A stretch of 58,946 nucleotides of DNA, counting the filler. It is 5 parts of 5 records of this genome, joined end to end, with 100 filler letters (N's around TTAATTAATTAA, not from the genome) between each part and the next. Parts side by side here need not be neighbours in the genome. Positions count along the whole stretch, not along the records: positions 1 to 13,077 come from SRR31156797_9823; 4 more parts are not named here. One strand, written 5' to 3'. How positions within the stretch are numbered: position 1 is the stretch's first letter; each line of letters starts with the position of its first letter. Both the position numbers and the translations under genes were made by a program. Shown here piece after piece: positions 1 to 6,117 of this stretch. The notes below the pieces were generated by a model. It searched no databases, was not told the DNA's origin, and saw only the letters and a program-made list of their open reading frames with translations.

Positions 1-140
1 GTTATGGCATTTATGCTGTGGCCGCTTTTTATTTGTTCGCAAACAAATTCGCAAACATTCAACTGCTATTTTCTTCAAAAAAATTAAAATTGTGGCTTAA
101 TTAAGAACTATTATTTCTACACTATAGTTGAGTATTGTAA

Positions 141-281
141 TTTTCTGTGTAAACCTGTAAACCTTCATCACTGCAGATTGACATACAGTTAGTTACAGGA
201 TTACATTAGGGTTTACACAGTTTACATCAATTGCTAACCTGCTGATTATCATAGGGTGTTTGGTTTACACAGATTTAAGAA
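141..281. repeat. Copy 1 of a ~140-bp degenerate direct repeat flanking hipBST, with 12-bp terminal inverted repeats
   Basis: Aligns by eye with 1930-2069 (identical core AGATTGACATACAGTTA at 175-191 and 1964-1980). TCTGTGTAAACC (144-155) is the exact reverse complement of GGTTTACACAGA (262-273). Confidence 0.8.
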
Positions 282-1243
282 ATTAGCATACCTAACCTAT
301 TTGCTCTTTCGTGAATCAAAGCGATATATTGCTCCTTCATTTCTTGTGGAAGAAAACTTACTTCGATTAGATCGAACCAGGACGGTATTGTTTTCTGAAA
401 CTTAGCAAAGATTTTGTCTTGTGCTTTTTGTGGGATTTCAAATAGCTTAAAACTAGCTTCAAAATCTTTTCGCCTAATTTTCTTCTTCTTTGCATTAAGA
501 GTTAGAGCCAAATCTTCATCATCCTCTTCCATTACCAAAGCTGTGGATAGCATATCGTATGCTGGAGTTAATACATGCCCCAAACCTGGTTGATTTATTA
601 ATGAAAAGTTTTTTAAATGCATATCAGCATTTCCTGTTAAAAAAGAGAATACAACTTGTTCAAAGAAATTTATCAAATCCAAACCTGGATTGCTTGAATA
701 CTTTAATATTGCCTTTCCTATCTGCTCGTAAGATCCCCTATACTTAAATTCTGTCATGCGCTCGGTGAGTTGGCACATATCCTCCATATGGATTTTTTTT
801 CCTTTTACCCTATCTATACGTTGGGTAATATAAGCCAACTTGCCATTTTTTAATCGAATCAGAGAGTGTGGGACTGTATTTATCTTCGAAACTGTAGCAA
901 GATTCATTGTCAGATCCTCCAATTCAGGAAGAAATGGAAACTGTTTAGTAGGAGGTTTTAATATATATCCTCCCCACAAACCTACAATTGTAAATCTTTT
1001 ATCGGAGTGCTTTTCCTTATCCCTCGATATTTCTAATGATAACTTTGGTTGCACACCAGTAACCGCAATCTTACTTTTTATTACCTGATCAGCCAATTCC
1101 AACATTTGCTCTTCAGTAAATTCCAGTAATGGAACTTCTTTTGAATCAAATATCTTTTTACTACAAGTCGGATGATAATCTACCTGACCTTCCTGTAATA
1201 ATTTGTAGCAATATAAACATCTCTTACTTTCCATTAGATACAA
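275..1243 (-). CDS. hipT: HipA-family Ser/Thr kinase toxin, kinase domain only (HipT-like)
   Basis: Gly-rich loop VTGVQPKLS, YILKP, EDMCQL, catalytic GNADMHLKNFS and PAYDML. It lacks the N-terminal couple domain, which is the separate upstream gene. Confidence 0.9.
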   Translation of the reverse strand: MYLMESKRCLYCYKLLQEGQVDYHPTCSKKIFDSKEVPLLEFTEEQMLELADQVIKSKIAVTGVQPKLSLEISRDKEKHSDKRFTIVGLWGGYILKPPTKQFPFLPELEDLTMNLATVSKINTVPHSLIRLKNGKLAYITQRIDRVKGKKIHMEDMCQLTERMTEFKYRGSYEQIGKAILKYSSNPGLDLINFFEQVVFSFLTGNADMHLKNFSLINQPGLGHVLTPAYDMLSTALVMEEDDEDLALTLNAKKKKIRRKDFEASFKLFEIPQKAQDKIFAKFQKTIPSWFDLIEVSFLPQEMKEQYIALIHERANRLGMLIS

Positions 1244-1244
1244 T

Positions 1245-1562
1245 TTAATCTTCAGTAATTACAGATACAGAACCAATACAATCTCTACAACACGCCATTA
1301 ATAAACCCATTCTATCTGATTCCTTAAGTTTCCAGTTCTTCTCAGCTATATCAAGCAACCATCCCTCTGGAATTAACCCATCAAAGAAGGGAAACATAGT
1401 TGTACTGCTATACGGTTTATCTGTTAATGGTAAAGTAAGACTGATTGCCTCAGGATTTTCACTTTCCAAATAATCTTTGTGGTAGACAAAAAGATAACCC
1501 TCTTCATTCTCCACAATAGATCCTGCCAACCGATCATGCATATAAACATTTGCTTTTCTCAT
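1245..1562 (-). CDS. hipS: HipA N-terminal (couple_hipA) domain protein, HipS-like antitoxin
   Basis: ISLTLPL...FPFFDGLIPEGWLL...DCIGSVSV is the standalone HipA N-terminal domain. It lies between the HTH gene and the kinase and overlaps the hipB stop. Confidence 0.88.
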   Translation of the reverse strand: MRKANVYMHDRLAGSIVENEEGYLFVYHKDYLESENPEAISLTLPLTDKPYSSTTMFPFFDGLIPEGWLLDIAEKNWKLKESDRMGLLMACCRDCIGSVSVITED

Positions 1563-1768
1563 AGAATTTCAGATTTGTTAATAGGTACAGGGCCTAATTC
1601 TTTACCAAATAAAATTAAAACCTGATTTACCTTATCCATTCTTAAAGTTGCTTTGCCCTGCTCTAAATCACGAACAAACCTTAAACCTACTCCAGCTTTG
1701 TCTGCTAAATCCTGTTGAGTAAGATTTAATAATTTACGTTTCTGTTTTACAAATTCTGATAGCGACAT
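1559..1768 (-). CDS. hipB: XRE HTH regulator, y4mF/HipB family
   Basis: MSLSEFVKQKRK...LTQQDLADKAGVGLRFVRDLEQGKATLRMDKVNQVL. Start moved to the ATG at 1768 because the longer ORF runs through the operators. Confidence 0.9.
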   Translation of the reverse strand: MSLSEFVKQKRKLLNLTQQDLADKAGVGLRFVRDLEQGKATLRMDKVNQVLILFGKELGPVPINKSEIL

Positions 1769-1788
1769 AATTTTATTTTTTCTCTTTT

Positions 1789-1887
1789 TATACCTTATCG
1801 GGTATAAATATACAAAAACCAATCAATTTATACCCTATCGGGTACAAAAATATCAATCATCATCACATATATACCCGAAAGGGTATA
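1789..1887. promoter_or_regulatory. Three 18-bp palindromic HipB-type operators
   Basis: TATACCTTATCGGGTATA (1789-1806), TATACCCTATCGGGTACA (1829-1846) and TATACCCGAAAGGGTATA (1870-1887), spaced 40 and 41 bp, directly upstream of hipB. Confidence 0.85.
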
Positions 1888-1929
1888 ATGTTAACAAAAA
1901 CTATTCTTGTATATGTAGTATATCTAAAT

Positions 1930-2069
1930 TTTTCTGTGTTAATCTATAAATAATCATCACTAAAGATTGACATACAGTTAATTATAAGATTAAACTAGGA
2001 GCTGTACAGTTTGCTTCAATCACTAATCATCTGATTTCCAATAGCGTTTAGCTTACAAAGAAATAAGAA
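1930..2069. repeat. Copy 2 of the ~140-bp degenerate direct repeat
   Basis: Colinear similarity to 141-281 (TTTTCTGTGT...CATCACT..AGATTGACATACAGTTA...CTGATT...TAAGAA); the inverted repeats are eroded. Confidence 0.75.
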
Positions 2070-2222
2070 CTACCATCAACATCATTTTAAATCTGTTTCT
2101 GGAAAAACCATACAATATGGCAAATATTGCATTGTCATAAATACCATAAGAAATACATGTTGCTTTTACTCTAGTAAACAAGTTATTCCGGTCACTTATT
2201 TAAGATTTCTCAATACGACAAA

Positions 2223-2648
2223 TTACCAATCCTCCTCTCCAACTGAATCTCCGGAATTATTCTCAGGATGAATATTATCTTCATTGATATCTTTCAATAA
2301 ATCATTTAAATTCCAATTTTTATCGTATTTATCCATTAGCATATCATCATCTCCATTCTCATGGGCTTGTTTCGCTGCAGATTCCCATCCATCACGTAAT
2401 AAATCATCCATCTTTGTAATAACAGATGTTGTTGTACCATCATATTGAACACATTCTGAACCATATTCTTGAATTTTGTGATATGCTCGCCACCTTTCAT
2501 AGTCCAATTTATAGCAACAATCCATAGAATTAATACCTTCTTCTTCAATTATAGGTCTAGTCTTCCCATAAAGCCACTTTTGAAAAAGTTCCTGCTCCTC
2601 ACTTGGAAGTTCCGAAATCAAAATGTAATCCTTTCCCTTTTTCATCAT
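2223..2648 (-). CDS. Hypothetical protein with two MazE-like C-terminal tails
   Basis: ATG at 2648 (MMKKGKDY). The C-terminus RDGWESAAKQAHENGDDDML...WNLNDLLKDINEDNIHPENNSGDSVGEEDW resembles AbrB/MazE toxin-binding tails. Confidence 0.65.
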   Translation of the reverse strand: MMKKGKDYILISELPSEEQELFQKWLYGKTRPIIEEEGINSMDCCYKLDYERWRAYHKIQEYGSECVQYDGTTTSVITKMDDLLRDGWESAAKQAHENGDDDMLMDKYDKNWNLNDLLKDINEDNIHPENNSGDSVGEEDW

Positions 2649-2975
2649 CTTTAAAACATTTATAGCACTCGTGATATAGTCGCAATATTCTTTAAAGAAT
2701 ACATATTCAATTGAATGGCATAAAGTCAAGTATACAATTCAAAGTCTCAAACCAATTTAAGCCAATTATATAAGAATTTTCATTGGCATTAAACTCCAAA
2801 TGCAGGTCTGAGCAGTATTGTATGAGCATTTATTTAGTTTATTTCAGTATTTGAAGCTATTAATTTAGTATGAACTTATTCTACATCAAAAAATTACTAA
2901 CTATTTTAGTCAGTAATTAACTTTCTGTTTTTTTATTAGTCAAGAAGTACTAAAATCACTCCTGTAATGCTATTT

Positions 2976-3446
2976 TCATCTTGATTTCGCTATGTAGCTT
3001 TTCAAAAATAAATGCATCGCAGGATCACATAAAGTGTTCCATATAACTATCTTATCCAATCTGTCATCAGCAATATTCAAAGCATAATGACACGAAAATA
3101 AATCGATATTATCTAAGTCAGATTCTGATTCAAAGCTTTCAGCATAGTGGCTTGGAATAGAAACCATATATATAAGTGAAGCATCTGCTAAACGACGTAT
3201 AATTTCCTGATTGAAGTCCTTATCGGGATCTGACTTTAAAGAGTTGTCATGAAAACTGATATTAGAAAATGTACTCCCCGCATCAGCAGCTCTAATAAAA
3301 ATTGAAAGATGGTCTAATTCCTTAGCCTTAATGCCAGACAAATTTCTTTTAATTTCTGACGGACCAAACCGATTCTGTATTATTCTAGAAACTATCCTTG
3401 CTCTTTGCTCACGCTCTGCGCGTTCTATTAGTGATAATAATTCCAT
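2976..3446 (-). CDS. Hypothetical protein (156 aa)
   Basis: Clean ORF with ATG start downstream of a structured leader; no motif recognised. Confidence 0.65.
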   Translation of the reverse strand: MELLSLIERAEREQRARIVSRIIQNRFGPSEIKRNLSGIKAKELDHLSIFIRAADAGSTFSNISFHDNSLKSDPDKDFNQEIIRRLADASLIYMVSIPSHYAESFESESDLDNIDLFSCHYALNIADDRLDKIVIWNTLCDPAMHLFLKSYIAKSR

Positions 3447-3489
3447 ATCATTTGGGATTAACAGTTACTTCCATCCCAAAACAAAAAGA

Positions 3490-3623
3490 GGCATGTCCCC
3501 TATATTATTATGCCAAAGAAAGGTACGACCAAGCACCATAAGCCAGCACAACAAAACAAGGGAACACACCATATCCTGGTGCGTTCACTCATCCGTCTCT
3601 CTGGCTTAATTAAAATTGGTCGT
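3490..3623 (-). ncRNA. Putative structured cis-regulatory leader RNA
   Basis: Nested complementary segments: 3525-3532 with 3616-3623 (ACGACCAA/TTGGTCGT), 3539-3546 with 3601-3608 (TAAGCCAG/CTGGCTTA), 3562-3570 with 3578-3586. GC-richer than flanks, with a Bacteroidota -7-like TATCTTTA at 3685-3678. Confidence 0.6.
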
Positions 3624-3810
3624 TTTATCTTAAGAGAAACTTCAGTAACGCAATATTTTCTTATCTATTTTCTATCGTAAAGATAGAGTTTTTAGGCAAT
3701 GGATCAATAAAACTATCATGTATTTATTTTACCATATATGCCATAATTGCCATACTTTATGGTATTGAAATATACACCATATCCAATGGCAAGTATTTCC
3801 CGTTCTTAAA

Positions 3811-4059
3811 TTATTGGACTTCAGACTTTGCCTTTGAATAAGCTTCTTTACAAGCTTTCAAATTTCGATTCATTTGTATACTAGTACAAAACTTTGCAAG
3901 TTTTTCTTTATTAATCATCCCTGTATACTCATCAACTTCATAGTCCATGTAGTAAACTGCTTGGTAAGAAAACTCAATTCCTTCAAAAGTCCTTTTTACA
4001 ACTTCTTGAAGTTCTTCGGTTGGGGTGTTGTCTCTTCTTAGGATTTTATTTGAATGCAT
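3811..4059 (-). CDS. Hypothetical protein (82 aa)
   Basis: ATG-started ORF co-oriented with upstream lipoprotein genes; no motif recognised. Confidence 0.5.
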   Translation of the reverse strand: MHSNKILRRDNTPTEELQEVVKRTFEGIEFSYQAVYYMDYEVDEYTGMINKEKLAKFCTSIQMNRNLKACKEAYSKAKSEVQ

Positions 4060-4085
4060 TAATGATACTATTAAATAAAACTAAT

Positions 4086-4703
4086 CTATTTAAATGTAAT
4101 TTTACTCATTATTTCGTTAGAGTAAATATCATCCAATGAATAAAGTTTCTTATGATTTAACTCTAAACTTGGTTTTATAGTACTATAGTGAGTTGCTTTA
4201 TTAATGGAAAATGCCAATAACTCTGTACAATATAACTTATCATCTTCAAAACTATCAAACTCAAGGTCAAACGGAGTGTGTATCAAATGATAATTCCTGG
4301 AATTTTCAACTATTCCATTTACAATAGTATCATCCAAATTTATATTGAAAAAATCAAATGTTTTGATTCCATTTAAAAAAAAACTTAATGGTTCTTTTTT
4401 TACAAAACCAACACCTGTTAATTCACTTGCCTCGGAATGATAAACAAAAATTGTATCATTCTCTATCGATACAAGTCCAATATGTGAATACTTCTTCTCT
4501 TTAGAAGCATACTTTCTAAAATAATTAGAAAAGTACCCATTTCCCAAACGACATACTAAATTTCCAGACCTAAGCTCTTTAGTAAATGGGAAAGTTATGG
4601 TAGTATTTTGTTTAGGTGGTTGATAACAACCACCTAATAATATTATTAATACAACGTAAAATATTTTACTTCTTTGCTTCCATGTGTACAAGCCAATCTC
4701 CAT
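4086..4703 (-). CDS. Permuted papain-like NlpC/P60 (YiiX/YebB-like) lipoprotein
   Basis: Lipobox LLGGC; His (YSHIGLV) precedes Cys (LYCTEL), with PFDLEFD. This is the permuted NlpC/P60 order. Confidence 0.75.
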   Translation of the reverse strand: MEIGLYTWKQRSKIFYVVLIILLGGCYQPPKQNTTITFPFTKELRSGNLVCRLGNGYFSNYFRKYASKEKKYSHIGLVSIENDTIFVYHSEASELTGVGFVKKEPLSFFLNGIKTFDFFNINLDDTIVNGIVENSRNYHLIHTPFDLEFDSFEDDKLYCTELLAFSINKATHYSTIKPSLELNHKKLYSLDDIYSNEIMSKITFK

Positions 4704-5004
4704 CAATTTTTACAATTTCAACAGTTTCTTTTTTACCCTTTTGATTAATAAATGTTACCCAAGCTTTATTATCTACAATTGAATCTTTAATCATCTCAAA
4801 CTTAAAGTTTGGATCGATAGGCATTCCTCCAAATCCACTTGCAAAGTCAATCAATTTTCCCGTTGATTCTGTTGCATATTTTTTTGCTTCATTCACTTTT
4901 CCTTTAGCCAAATTCTCCGTAAAATTTTTAACCGTTTTTTCTGGTCCTGACGAACAAGAAAATAATAATGCAGAAATTGCTAATGTGTAAAATATTCTCT
5001 TCAT
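4666..5004 (-). CDS. Small lipoprotein, DUF4878/NTF2-like
   Basis: Lipobox LLFSC, PEKTVKNF...EAKKYAT, C-terminal VKIDGDWLV. Confidence 0.7.
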   Translation of the reverse strand: MKRIFYTLAISALLFSCSSGPEKTVKNFTENLAKGKVNEAKKYATESTGKLIDFASGFGGMPIDPNFKFEMIKDSIVDNKAWVTFINQKGKKETVEIVKIDGDWLVHMEAKK

Positions 5005-5040
5005 AGTTTCTTTATTAATATTTGTATAATTGATATGATT

Positions 5041-5331
5041 TTAATTCTTTAATATTTTAGTTTTTGCTTGCAAGAACTCTTCTTCCGACAAAGCTCCAGT
5101 TTTTCTTAATTCGGTAATCTCCTTCAAATCATCTTTTAAACTTGAAATTTTAGCATTACCAGCACTATCATTTATTGAAGATAAAGCAACAATAATCAAT
5201 CCTATCAAGGGACTTAAAATCAAGCTTAAAAAGAATGCTAATCCAGCACCGATATGCCTTTTTTCTCCCAATACACCAACTCCAGCACATAAAGCCAGAT
5301 AAAGTGCAACTATAAAAATTATATACGCCAT
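5041..5331 (-). CDS. Membrane protein with C-terminal SHOCT domain
   Basis: Two hydrophobic helices followed by LKEITELRKTGALSEEEFLQAKTKIL; start set to ATG 5331. Confidence 0.75.
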   Translation of the reverse strand: MAYIIFIVALYLALCAGVGVLGEKRHIGAGLAFFLSLILSPLIGLIIVALSSINDSAGNAKISSLKDDLKEITELRKTGALSEEEFLQAKTKILKN

Positions 5332-5364
5332 TTTATGATTTTTGATGAATATTATGCCATATAG

Positions 5365-5388
5365 AAAAAACCTCTCCAAAGAGAGGTT
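5365..5388 (-). terminator. Intrinsic terminator-like hairpin
   Basis: AACCTCTC-CAAA-GAGAGGTT with a U tract on the minus strand, about 35 bp upstream of the SHOCT gene start. Confidence 0.5.
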
Positions 5389-5811
5389 CCTTACAACTAA
5401 ATGTACATACGTGATTATAAATTATTACGTTAATAAATTTAGAAATTAGCATTCATAATTCCAAGTTAATTAATGAAAAAATAAATATCATAATAAAGAC
5501 ACACTCCTCTTTTATTTATTGAAATCCACACATACCATAAAGTATGGTGATTATTTACATACAATAAGAGCAATAGATTATGGCATTTTCATATACACAT
5601 TAAACACAACACCTCCTACTTAACTAGAACTAACTATTTTTCTTTTACTTACATCATTAAAACCACAGCATTTTAAAAATTTACATACTGATTTGACTAA
5701 ACTTAACAATCTTGTCAAGCTTATTTCTCTTCCATTTTTCTTAAATTGCAAGATCGAAACAAAAAATAAACAATAAATATATTCTTATTACAGAAAAACG
5801 AATAAAAAGCA

Positions 5812-6078
5812 TTAAAGGATGGAAGAATCCCTGAGGGATTCGACAAATAATTTGAGAGAAATAGTAGAATTATCAGAATGCAAACATGTTGTATTAAGGT
5901 TAATAATCCTAAAGTCTGCCAACAATAAGTTAGAAAAATGAAGACTAGAAATTATTTTCAACATATAACGTAGAACAACAATCAGATTGACACACTTACT
6001 ACTCTTAAAAATACCCTTTTACCGAAATTGATTTCGGGGAAAGTTAGAGTTCCTGAGGTTGAGAAGATGATTAAATAA
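5812..6078 (+). pseudogene. hsdS: Remnant of a type I R-M specificity subunit
   Basis: Not in the ORF track. 5974-6078 reads NNNQIDTLTTLKNTLLPKLISGKVRVPEVEKMIK*, the HsdS C-terminal conserved region, preceded by an in-frame TAG. From 5821 reads GRIPEGF then, frameshifted, NLREIVEL (HsdS IPEGW motif). Confidence 0.75.
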
Positions 6079-6117
6079 AAGAATAAGCTAGCCACAAGCC
6101 CAAAACCATAAAACCAA

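Noticed and set aside
3331-3609. 92-aa plus-strand ORF
   Set aside because: Antisense to the 156-aa gene and the structured leader; no protein-like features.
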